From NCBI GenBank assembly GCA_903842085.1, contig CAIMLA010000004.1, positions 1 through 63,813 on the forward strand: 63,813 nt of DNA, in the 5' to 3' direction. This DNA comes from an uncultured bacterium. Lineage in GTDB: Bacteria > Patescibacteriota > CPR2 > UBA1875 > CAIMLA01. Positions 53,973-62,619 of the stretch are shown here, piece after piece (position 1 is the first letter of the stretch; every line of letters begins with the position of its first letter). Under the pieces are notes generated by a model. That model was not told where the DNA came from. It searched no databases and saw only the letters and a program-made list of their open reading frames with translations. A program made the position numbers and the translations under genes.

Positions 53973-55571
53973 ATGATTAGAGTAGAAAACATCCATTATT
54001 CAATCGGCACCAGAATCATTTTCGATGAGGTTAGTTTTAATATTAACAAAGGCAATAAAATCGCGATCGTTGGCACGAATGGCTCCGGTAAAAGCACTTT
54101 AATCAAAATCTTGATTGGCCAGATCACACCCCAAGAAGGCAAGGTCAGCCAGGTCAATAAAGGCGTCGACATTGGTTATATGCCTCAGCAAGTGACTGAC
54201 TTAGGAGAGCTCGCCGACAAATCAGTCCTTGATTTTATGCTTTCTGGCCGAGGACTGGATGAATTAACCATTAACTTAGCTGAGACTCTAGACAAAATGA
54301 AGACAGCGAATCAGCCCGAAAAAGAAATGATGGCTCTCGCCCATCAATACAGTGAAGACTTTGATCACTTTCTAGCCAAAGGTGGCTACAGCGCCGAAAG
54401 TGAGATGCTGGAAGTCCTGTTAGGACTCGGTTTTTCTGATCTCGATCTTGATCAAATCGTTTCAACCATGAGCGGCGGACAAAAAACAAAGCTTACTTTT
54501 GCTCGAGTCCTCTTTTCTAAGCCGGCGTTAATGATTTTGGACGAACCGACAAACCACTTGGATGAAAAGACGATCGCTTGGGTGACAGACTATTTGAAAG
54601 ATTACCACGGCACCTTACTTATTATCTCTCATCTGCCTCGTCTGCTAGATGAAATCATCAACCGGTTAATCTACCTGGATGGGACTGGCCAAGCCTTTAT
54701 TTACAAAGGCAACTTTAGTGATTTTATCTCAAAAAAAGCCGCGCTCGAAAGCGCCCAAGAAAAAATACAGAAGAAACAAGCTATCGAAGCCGAGAAGCTT
54801 CAAGCCTTTATCGACCGCTGGCGGGGCAGAAAAGTGAGTCAAGTCCATGATCGAGAAAAAAAGCTAGTTCGCTTAAAAGAAGAGCTGGTTCAGACGAAGG
54901 ACAAAGAAGCTGAACTATCAGTCCATTTTCCAATCAAAACAGAGCCGATTAAGCAAGTTCTAAAAGTAGAAGCCATCTCGAAAGCCTTCAAGAACAATCA
55001 AGTCCTAAGAAATGTTTCTTTCCAAATTGCTCGTGGCGAAAGAGTGGCAATTTTAGGACCAAATGGGGCGGGCAAAACAACTTTATTAAAAATACTGGCC
55101 GGTATCATGCCGCCTGATTCAGGCGAGTTTAACCTTGGGCAAAAGGTTGACCTTGGCTATTATGCTCAAGAGCAAGAAATTTTAAACCAGGAGCATAACA
55201 TCTTAGAGGAGCTGCTGGCAGCGACTGAACGACCTCAATCACAGGTCAGGTCAATCCTCGCCCATTTTCTGTTTCCAGGAGAACGCGTCTATACCCAAAT
55301 TAAATCACTCAGCCTAGGCGAAAAAAGTCGTCTCGCTTTGGCCAAGGTCGTCGTTGAGGGCCATAATTTTTTACTTCTCGATGAGCCAACCAATCATCTT
55401 GATGTCTCAGCCCGTCAACAAGTCAAAGAAGCGCTCCAAAAATATCCGGGCACCATCCTCATAATTTCTCACGATCAAGAATTTCTAGACGGAATAGGAG
55501 TTGATAAAGTTTTGCTCCTTCCTGAGAATAAGTTTGGCTATTTAGAACAAATAACCAATAATTTTAGCTAA
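53973..55571 (+). CDS. ABC-F family ATPase
   Basis: 532 aa. It has GTNGSGKSTLIK with MSGGQKTK, and GPNGAGKTTLLK with LSLGEKSR. Confidence 0.9.
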   Translation: MIRVENIHYSIGTRIIFDEVSFNINKGNKIAIVGTNGSGKSTLIKILIGQITPQEGKVSQVNKGVDIGYMPQQVTDLGELADKSVLDFMLSGRGLDELTINLAETLDKMKTANQPEKEMMALAHQYSEDFDHFLAKGGYSAESEMLEVLLGLGFSDLDLDQIVSTMSGGQKTKLTFARVLFSKPALMILDEPTNHLDEKTIAWVTDYLKDYHGTLLIISHLPRLLDEIINRLIYLDGTGQAFIYKGNFSDFISKKAALESAQEKIQKKQAIEAEKLQAFIDRWRGRKVSQVHDREKKLVRLKEELVQTKDKEAELSVHFPIKTEPIKQVLKVEAISKAFKNNQVLRNVSFQIARGERVAILGPNGAGKTTLLKILAGIMPPDSGEFNLGQKVDLGYYAQEQEILNQEHNILEELLAATERPQSQVRSILAHFLFPGERVYTQIKSLSLGEKSRLALAKVVVEGHNFLLLDEPTNHLDVSARQQVKEALQKYPGTILIISHDQEFLDGIGVDKVLLLPENKFGYLEQITNNFS

Positions 55572-57085
55572 TTGGGTAAAAGTTTATTCTTTCGGACTCT
55601 TTTAACTTTAGCTTGTGGTTTATCGGGTTTTAATAAGGGGAAGGTGACACATTCGCGGACGGGCTTATCAACCATAAAAGCAAAAAGCCTTTCAGAGACG
55701 CCAAAGCCAGTCGTTGGGGGCATCCCATATTCGAGCGCTTCAACAAATTCCCGGTCATGCATCTGGGCTTCAATGTCGCCCTCCTCACGCATCTGGCTCT
55801 GCTCCGAAAAACGATCAGCTTGATCGATCGGATCGTTCAGCTCTGAATAACCATTGCCATTTTCTGAGCCTGCGATCAAAACTTGGTAGCGTTCAGTTAA
55901 GCGAGGGTTGTCCTCTTTTCTCTTGGCCAAAGGCGAGACCTCAACGGGATGATTAATGAGGAAAGCTGGCCCGGCAATGTCTCGACGTATTTGCTTCCAT
56001 AGAAGATCGATCAGTCGACCCTTTCGGTCAGTGGTTCGAAAATCAATCTTTTTTCCTTTTAGTAATTTTTTAAGTTCAATCTCGCTCATCTTCAGAACGT
56101 CGATCTGAAAAGCCTTGTTGATGGCGGTGGTATAGTCAATTTTCGCCCATTTTTTATCAAAATCAACTTCCATCCCATTCATCACATATTTAGAAGTCCC
56201 AAAGACATTTTTGGCGATTTTCTTGTACATTGCCTCGACTAAGGCCATTGAATCTTCATAGTTTGCATAAGCCCAGTAAAACTCCATTTGAGTATAGTCC
56301 TGAAGATGCTCTCGGGAGACGCCCTCGTTTCGAAATTGTCGTCCAAGTTCAAAGGTTTTATCAAAACCTGCGACCATTAACCGTTTTTGCCAGAGCTCCC
56401 CCATCGAAATGCGCAAGTAGACATCAATATCGAGATAGTCATGATGGGTCACAAAGGGGTTAGCGTCGGCCCCACCACAGGTATTTTCCAAAACCGGTGT
56501 CTCCACTTCAAGGAAGCCTTGCTCAATCATAAAGTCACGAATTGTCTGCCAAAACTTGGCTTTTTTGACAAAAAGGTCTCTAAGCTCTGGATTTAAGAGA
56601 ATATCAAGATAACGCTTACGATACCGCATCTCTTCGTCCTGAATGCCATGCCAGACATCCGGTAACGGTCGAAGCGCTTTCGCGAGTACTTTTAATTTTT
56701 CGACTTTAACGGTCGTTTCGCCCATTTTTGTAATGAATAAAGGTCCCGTAACATCGACAAAATCGCCAACATCGACAAGCTCAACGAGCTCAAAGTCCTT
56801 GCCCAAGATGTCTTCTTTAAAGGCCGCCTGGACCTTGCCTGTTTGATCGACAATATCCGCAAAAACAAGCTTGCCATGACCTCTCAGCGCCATAATCCGG
56901 CCGCCAAGGGTGATTTTCTTCTCGTTTTTTAGTAAGTTTTTCTGATCATTCAAAGCCTCCAGACAGGTGTAATCTTTGTCTGATTTTGAGGGAAAGGGAT
57001 TAAGCTTTTTGGCTTTTATCTTTTCTAGTTTTTTCTTTCGAAACTCGATTATTTCTTTTTCAGAAACGCCCAGATTTTCATCCAT
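55568..57085 (-). CDS. lysS: lysine--tRNA ligase (class II)
   Basis: 505 aa with an N-terminal OB fold, FLEVETPVL, ELGRQFRNEG and class II motif 3 near the C-terminus. Confidence 0.95.
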   Translation of the reverse strand: MDENLGVSEKEIIEFRKKKLEKIKAKKLNPFPSKSDKDYTCLEALNDQKNLLKNEKKITLGGRIMALRGHGKLVFADIVDQTGKVQAAFKEDILGKDFELVELVDVGDFVDVTGPLFITKMGETTVKVEKLKVLAKALRPLPDVWHGIQDEEMRYRKRYLDILLNPELRDLFVKKAKFWQTIRDFMIEQGFLEVETPVLENTCGGADANPFVTHHDYLDIDVYLRISMGELWQKRLMVAGFDKTFELGRQFRNEGVSREHLQDYTQMEFYWAYANYEDSMALVEAMYKKIAKNVFGTSKYVMNGMEVDFDKKWAKIDYTTAINKAFQIDVLKMSEIELKKLLKGKKIDFRTTDRKGRLIDLLWKQIRRDIAGPAFLINHPVEVSPLAKRKEDNPRLTERYQVLIAGSENGNGYSELNDPIDQADRFSEQSQMREEGDIEAQMHDREFVEALEYGMPPTTGFGVSERLFAFMVDKPVRECVTFPLLKPDKPQAKVKRVRKNKLLPN

Positions 57086-57143
57086 GAAAAAACTCCTTTG
57101 TTACAAGGCAAATCTTAGCACAGTCAAGTCCTTAATTCCAGTC

Positions 57144-58034
57144 TCATTGATAGTTCCAAAGAAAGCGGTTATTGGCTTGGTTAAAGTTTTCAATTTTAGT
57201 TAAGAGCGATTCTGCGGTGTCAGTATTATTTACTCTAACTCTAGGCAAGGTCAGGAGATCATTTGATGGAGCTTGAAAATTGACTGTCACCGCCGCTCGA
57301 TAACCAGCCCTTCGCGCTATTTCGATGACTTGTAAATTATGCCTTCCAGAAGGATAGCAGAGAACCTCGATCGGACGACTAAATTCTTTCTCCAGGATCT
57401 CTTTACTAGATTTAATTTGATATTCTAGAGTCGACGGATCCGCCTTTGCTAAATCGGGGTGACTGATGGTGTGCGAACCTAATTCAAAACCACCTTTTAA
57501 CATCAGCTCGATTTTCTCTTTGTCCAAATAACCAGGACTGCCGATAAAGTTAGACATCACAAAAACGGTTCCGGTTTGATTGTTTTCTCTCAAGACTGGG
57601 TAGGCGGAATCAAAGACATCCTGATAACCGTCATCAAAAGTAATAATGATGGGCTTTTCAACGATTTGCCGATTCAGCAAGTTGTTAAAAGTGATGGTCT
57701 GATAACCGGCGTTTTTTAGAGCGCGGACCTGCTCTCGAAAGCTTTCAACCGGAACCGACAGATTGGTATTGATAGGATCACTCGGGTTATTATAGTTTCT
57801 GACATGATGATACATTAAAACAGGAATTGATTTTTGATAATCAATATAAGGGGACGCCTTTATTTTATCTTGCCTTGGCCTCACGGCCATGGTCACTGGC
57901 GTTCTCATAGCCTCATATTGAACTGACCGGCGTCTTTCTACCATAACAATCGCGATCATAAAGAGAAGCAAGATAAAAACACCAGACAAGCGAGCAATCT
58001 TAAATAATATTATTTTTTCTTTTTTGTTTATCAC
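57144..58034 (-). CDS. polysaccharide deacetylase (NodB/CE4), membrane-anchored
   Basis: 296 aa with a TM helix, TFDDGYQD and SHTISH. Confidence 0.85.
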   Translation of the reverse strand: MINKKEKIILFKIARLSGVFILLLFMIAIVMVERRRSVQYEAMRTPVTMAVRPRQDKIKASPYIDYQKSIPVLMYHHVRNYNNPSDPINTNLSVPVESFREQVRALKNAGYQTITFNNLLNRQIVEKPIIITFDDGYQDVFDSAYPVLRENNQTGTVFVMSNFIGSPGYLDKEKIELMLKGGFELGSHTISHPDLAKADPSTLEYQIKSSKEILEKEFSRPIEVLCYPSGRHNLQVIEIARRAGYRAAVTVNFQAPSNDLLTLPRVRVNNTDTAESLLTKIENFNQANNRFLWNYQ

Positions 58035-58166
58035 GTTCTTTTTATCCGTAAGGCTTAATTTATCCCTTTAGGTTTTAATCGGTTCTTTCTCAAAACTAGT
58101 CCTATCAGCGATTGTAATATATTATTACGTCAAATCTTTTATAAATCGAGCTTTTTCCAATAAATA

Positions 58167-59087
58167 TTAATAATTCCAAGTGAAGCGGTTGTTGATTTCT
58201 TTAAAACTCTCAATTTTTGTTAACATTGTCTCAGCGTCATCTTTATGATTTATCTCAATTCTAGGTAAAGTATATAAATTATTCGAACTTGCCCGCGAAG
58301 TGACCACAACCGCTGTCCCATAGTTTGAATTTCGTACCACGGTTTCGGTAGCATCACTAAGCGCGCCATAGGGATAACTAAAAGAGTTGATTGGCTGCTT
58401 AAATTCTTTTTCCAAAAAAACCTTACTCTCCTTAATCTGACGAATCGCTTCAGTTTCACTCAAACTGCTTAAATTGGAGTGGTTAATCGTATGAGAGTCA
58501 ATGGCAAGACCGTAATTGAGCATAGTTTGAAGCTGGTCTTTGGACAAGTAATTAGTCAATCCAATAAAGTTAGTTGGCATATAGATAATCGCCGTTTGAT
58601 TGTTTTCTTTTAAGATCGGGTAAGCCTTGGTGTAATTATCTTCATAGCCGTCATCAAAAGAAATAATAATCGGTTTGGCCGGTATTTCTTTGTTGAGAAG
58701 ATGGTTAAAAGTGATGGTTTGGAAGCCCGCTTCTTTCAAAGCGCTCATCTGAAGCCGAAAGTTTTCCGTTGTGACATACATATAACGATAGTCATTACTG
58801 TCTCCGAAGTCACCAATGTGATGATACATCAAAATTGGAATTGATTGGTGATATGGGACAAAGTTTTTGTCCGTCAGTTGGAAGGTCTCTGTTTTTGTTT
58901 CTAGAGGAGGGGTCTTTGGCTTAGCCTCATTCTGAACTTTTTTCGGCGGTTTCTGATCAGTCTTTTTTTCTCCTAGTCTAATTAGGGCCACCACTGAAAA
59001 GATGACAACCAAAACCAAGACAACCCACGCTAGAATTGTCCAGGGGCTTTTTCTGGAGGTGGTTTTAGGTTTTTTAGACGGCGACAT
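58167..59087 (-). CDS. polysaccharide deacetylase (NodB/CE4), membrane-anchored paralog
   Basis: 306 aa with SFDDGYED and SHTINH. Its C-terminal tail LTKIESFKEINNRFTWNY parallels that of the neighbouring paralog. Confidence 0.85.
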   Translation of the reverse strand: MSPSKKPKTTSRKSPWTILAWVVLVLVVIFSVVALIRLGEKKTDQKPPKKVQNEAKPKTPPLETKTETFQLTDKNFVPYHQSIPILMYHHIGDFGDSNDYRYMYVTTENFRLQMSALKEAGFQTITFNHLLNKEIPAKPIIISFDDGYEDNYTKAYPILKENNQTAIIYMPTNFIGLTNYLSKDQLQTMLNYGLAIDSHTINHSNLSSLSETEAIRQIKESKVFLEKEFKQPINSFSYPYGALSDATETVVRNSNYGTAVVVTSRASSNNLYTLPRIEINHKDDAETMLTKIESFKEINNRFTWNY

Positions 59088-59883
59088 CTCGTCGATTGAA
59101 CCAGAGCGCCGCTAATAACGAAGCGATAATGGCGACGCTGATAAAGACAATGACGGTCAGATTCTCGACCTGCCCTTTATCAATGACCTTAGCTGGTTGA
59201 TAATAGTTAAAAAAAGATAAATATTGTAGATCTTTTAAGCTCTCCTTAAGACCACTGATAATATTAAGGACATACATCACGACTAGGATACCGCTAACGG
59301 TAAAGGCGGCTTTACCTTTTTCGGAAAAAAAGCTCGAAGCAAGCATGGCCAGGCCATAAACTGCCCAAACAAACAAAAACGAGATCAAGGCAAAAAAAGC
59401 AATCTTACTACTATCGACGCTCGCCCCATGCATTTTCGCCAAAGGGATAATGGCGAAGACCGAGATAAAGGTAAAAATCGCTAAGAAACTTAAACCGGCC
59501 AAATATCGAGTTACAAAGATTTTTAATCTCGAGAGCGGCTGGGATAACAGAATTTCGGCTGTTCCTTTTTCGACTTCGCCGGCAAAGCAGTAGTTAGCAA
59601 AGCCAATCGCAAGCGCAATTGCCATAACCGGCCAGATAAAATTGAACTGCTCCATCCCTAGGAATGAACCGATTTCGGAAAACATGAGTTGATTTCGATC
59701 AATATTAAAGGCTTGGAAAAATGAATCCGGATAAGCCTTCATTAATTCCGAGAGTTGTTGTGATTGTTTTTGTAAGGCCGGAAAAAGAGCGATATATAAC
59801 TCCAAAAATCCCAAAGAAGCGATCGAATAGACGATTAAGGAAAGTTTTTTATCTTTGACGGTTCGCCAAAACAGCCCCATCAT
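59074..59883 (-). CDS. ABC-2-type transporter permease
   Basis: 269 aa with about 6 TM helices. It overlaps both neighbours. Confidence 0.7.
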   Translation of the reverse strand: MMGLFWRTVKDKKLSLIVYSIASLGFLELYIALFPALQKQSQQLSELMKAYPDSFFQAFNIDRNQLMFSEIGSFLGMEQFNFIWPVMAIALAIGFANYCFAGEVEKGTAEILLSQPLSRLKIFVTRYLAGLSFLAIFTFISVFAIIPLAKMHGASVDSSKIAFFALISFLFVWAVYGLAMLASSFFSEKGKAAFTVSGILVVMYVLNIISGLKESLKDLQYLSFFNYYQPAKVIDKGQVENLTVIVFISVAIIASLLAALWFNRRDVAV

Positions 59884-60764
59884 TATTTATCCTTTTCATA
59901 AAATTTTAAGAATATTTCTTCAAGATTAGCGTGTGAAATCTCAATATCAGCAATCTGATACTTAGCAATTTTTTGTAAAACTGGATTTAGATCGCCCTCG
60001 ACGGTCATCAACAAGCCACTTGGTATTTCCTCGATACTACTAACACCATCAAATTTGAAGTCTTGCAAAGTAAATTTATCATTGATCCGAAGCTCAATTT
60101 TATGCATTCTTTTTTTGCCAAGTTCTTTTAAAGTTTCCACTTCAATCATCCGTCCAGCTTTAATAATCCCAACTCGGTCACAAATCTTTTCGACTTCGGG
60201 GAGATTATGTGATGACACAAAGATAGTGGTCCCCTTCTTCTTCAAATCATTCAAAATCTCATAGATAGTATTTTGCAAAAGTGGATCTAAACCAACAGTC
60301 GGTTCATCCATAATCAAAAGCTTCGGCTCATTCATTAAAGCCAAGATCAAGCCAAGTTTCTGTTTGTTCCCACTGGAAAGGCCATGAAATTTGACCTTGG
60401 GATTAAAATCAAGTTTCTGGATTAATTTGTCTACATTTTCCGATTTTCCGCGAATACTTTCAATAAACTTAATGTGATCCCAGCCGGTCCAAGTATTGTA
60501 CAGTTTGACATTCCCCGAGAGATAGCCAATCATTTTTTTTAACTCAACAGAATCTTTTTGAGCATCCTTGCCAAAAATTGTGATTTTTCCTGAGGATGGA
60601 CGAATAAAGTCCATAAGGCAACGAATCGTCGTTGTTTTACCAGCCCCATTGGGACCAAGAAAGCCAAAAGACTCCCCTTCCTCGGCCGTAAAAGTGACAC
60701 CATTGACCGCTTTAACTGAGCCGAAATGCTTTTGTAGGTCTTTTATTTCGATGGCTTTATTCAT
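59883..60764 (-). CDS. ABC transporter ATP-binding protein
   Basis: 293 aa with GPNGAGKTTT, LSSGNKQKL and LIMDEPT. Confidence 0.9.
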   Translation of the reverse strand: MNKAIEIKDLQKHFGSVKAVNGVTFTAEEGESFGFLGPNGAGKTTTIRCLMDFIRPSSGKITIFGKDAQKDSVELKKMIGYLSGNVKLYNTWTGWDHIKFIESIRGKSENVDKLIQKLDFNPKVKFHGLSSGNKQKLGLILALMNEPKLLIMDEPTVGLDPLLQNTIYEILNDLKKKGTTIFVSSHNLPEVEKICDRVGIIKAGRMIEVETLKELGKKRMHKIELRINDKFTLQDFKFDGVSSIEEIPSGLLMTVEGDLNPVLQKIAKYQIADIEISHANLEEIFLKFYEKDK

Positions 60765-60791
60765 ACCAGACTATTATAGCCCCTTAGCTGT

Positions 60792-61706
60792 TTATTTTTC
60801 TAGAGTAAAAGCCGCGATGGTTTTGTCATAACCATGATCGATGGCTTCCTTAAGCGTCCTGGCCCGAGTCTCGTATTTATTTAATAAATAATTCGGAGCA
60901 ATTGGGTAAATATTTATTTTTCGATGAATCTTAAGGCGTCCAAAAACAACCGCCAAGGACTCATTGTAGTTATTATGCTTTTCAATATTAAGATACTTCT
61001 GCCGATACAGCTTTGGTAATTTCGACATTAAGATTCTTTTAAACCAAGTCACCAAGATCGTATCCTTAGCTTCAGAGTACTCTTCAGGAACCGTCGTCAC
61101 CACCAGAACATCGGTACAGCCATCAGAGATGGCATCCTCGATCGGTATCGCCTTCTCAATTCTTCCATCCATGTGCTCGTTAGGTCCTATTTTGACTGGT
61201 TTATTATAAAAAGCCGGTAAAGCACAAGAAGCCTTGATCACCTCAATCAAATCAACTTTATCTTTATTAGTGTAATAAGTGCATTTACCGTTATTGGCAT
61301 CGGCGACGAATATCTTGAAAATCGTTTTGCTTTTAGCGACTTTTCGGGTATTTAGCTTCTTCTTCTGGCGAAAAACAACATCACATAGATAATCAATGTC
61401 AGCGGCTCGATTCAGTCTCCAAGGCTTGATGAATTTAAAGCCCGATAAATCCTCACCATAGATTGATGAGCCTAGATTGGTTTGATGCGAAAGTAAGTAG
61501 GCTCCCGCACAACTGCCCGAAGATGAAGCATAGACGTAGTCAAAAACATCACTCAGACCAAGCTTTTCTAAGGCCATCATGACGCCTCCAGAAAAAGAAC
61601 CGCGCATGCCACCGCCTTCGATGATTAAGGCAAGCTTGTTTTTATCCTTTGGACTCTTTTTACGATCCAGGATCCTCTTTAAGACGATCTGTTCTGGTTT
61701 TGTCAT
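60792..61706 (-). CDS. patatin-like phospholipase
   Basis: Start trimmed to the ATG at 61706 (MTKPEQ...). The track TTG extension runs into a terminator T-tract. It has GGGMRGSF, a nucleophile elbow YASSSGS and HMDGR. Confidence 0.8.
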   Translation of the reverse strand: MTKPEQIVLKRILDRKKSPKDKNKLALIIEGGGMRGSFSGGVMMALEKLGLSDVFDYVYASSSGSCAGAYLLSHQTNLGSSIYGEDLSGFKFIKPWRLNRAADIDYLCDVVFRQKKKLNTRKVAKSKTIFKIFVADANNGKCTYYTNKDKVDLIEVIKASCALPAFYNKPVKIGPNEHMDGRIEKAIPIEDAISDGCTDVLVVTTVPEEYSEAKDTILVTWFKRILMSKLPKLYRQKYLNIEKHNNYNESLAVVFGRLKIHRKINIYPIAPNYLLNKYETRARTLKEAIDHGYDKTIAAFTLEK

Positions 61707-61727
61707 ATAACTATTATAGTCTCTTTT

Positions 61728-61754
61728 AAACAAAAACCCCCGACTAATCGAGGG
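61728..61754 (-). terminator. intrinsic terminator closing the ncRNA locus
   Basis: On the minus strand, CCCTCGA-ttag-TCGGGGG (7 bp, one G-U) is followed by TTTTTGTTT. On the plus strand the same stem has a C-A mismatch, so the orientation is minus. Confidence 0.7.
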
Positions 61755-61875
61755 TATCTTTGGTAAAGTTGGCGGTGGGGACCGCCGGGGGCTCTCTGAC
61801 CACTGATTGCGGTCCCCACCGTGTTATAAAATGTTGTCAGCCCCGAAGAGCTTAGTAAAGATGCGCCAACCAGGT

Positions 61876-62147
61876 CGAGTAACTTGCAGCCGTTCCACGG
61901 ATATGTAACGCGGAGGCCAAGTCCTCATCTAACCTTGATGCGGTTTCACCGTTAAAGTGCTCGCACTTCATCGGCTCAACGCCTCATTCTGATGGTTCAT
62001 CCGTATTGGTAGACTAGCTACCCGGAAGCCACCAAACGAGACCGGACTGACAACTTCAGTATCGCTTTGATTAATGAAACCTTTGATTGATCAATCTTCT
62101 CCCCACCGGGACGGTAGAAATAGCCTTATTCGACTATAAATCACTCG
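61876..62147 (-). ncRNA. candidate structured RNA with RNase P RNA-like core motifs (atypical/reduced); class unconfirmed
   Basis: The locus is ORF-free and G+C-rich. On the minus strand it carries AGTCCGGTCTC (62048-62038), TAGATGA (61931-61925) and GGAACGGCTG (61896-61887) in CR-I/IV/V order. A P4-like helix has a bulged T. A P1-like helix pairs 62147-62138 with 61885-61876. Confidence 0.35.
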
Positions 62148-62247
62148 CTTCATCAAGCAAAATTCGTACTTTTCAGTAAGACCATTTTTAAGTCTGTTTT
62201 CTCAAACAGAACTCGGTCCAAACTGGAATAGCTAAGATTGTATTAAA

Positions 62248-62607
62248 TTATTGATTATTTGGCAAGGGTTTATTGGTTTCTTTGTAATAGTTGGTATACA
62301 TTTCTTCAGCTCTTTTGTTTGATTCCAGCATTTCGGCTCGAAACTTTAGATATTCGTCTGCAAATATTTCTTCAAAATTAGGAATTTTTGCACTTAGAAA
62401 CTCAAACACTTCTTTATCACTGCTCTCTTTTTCTGACAATTTATCAAATTCTTGTTTTTGCTCTTCGGTTAGAATTAACATGATCCTTTTGGTAACACAA
62501 GAGAGCAAGGCTTCTGCCAGAGACACCTCCAACTCCTTTTTTTCTTTTTCGGGGAGATCATTAAAACCCAATTCAGCCACTAAAGGTTGCAAACTTTTTT
62601 CTTCCAT
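62248..62607 (-). CDS. hypothetical helical acidic protein, 119 aa
   Basis: ORF only. No family assigned. Confidence 0.55.
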   Translation of the reverse strand: MEEKSLQPLVAELGFNDLPEKEKKELEVSLAEALLSCVTKRIMLILTEEQKQEFDKLSEKESSDKEVFEFLSAKIPNFEEIFADEYLKFRAEMLESNKRAEEMYTNYYKETNKPLPNNQ

Positions 62608-62619
62608 CCTGACTCCTTG

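Noticed and set aside
61837-61844. GGGGCTGA on the minus strand resembles the 5' end of tmRNA (ssrA).
   Set aside because: Only about 90 nt remain before the terminator. There is no GGTTCGA-type T-arm, no complementary acceptor 3' strand ending in ACCA, and no Ala-initiated tag ORF ending in a stop. A permuted two-piece layout also fails because no CCA-terminated acceptor piece lies upstream.
61870-61891. Plus-strand CCAGGTC...GCAGCC resembles SRP RNA domain IV (CCAGGUCAGGUCCGGAAGGAAGCAGCC).
   Set aside because: The segment is 5 nt too short. It lacks the GGAA tetraloop closed by C-G and the AGCA symmetric-loop residues. The only good terminator of the locus works on the minus strand.
62193-62210. 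A 7-bp hairpin TCTGTTT/AAACAGA after the 119-aa ORF, considered as its terminator.
   Set aside because: No U-tract follows it on either strand. It may instead belong to the 5' leader of the RNA locus. Left uncalled.
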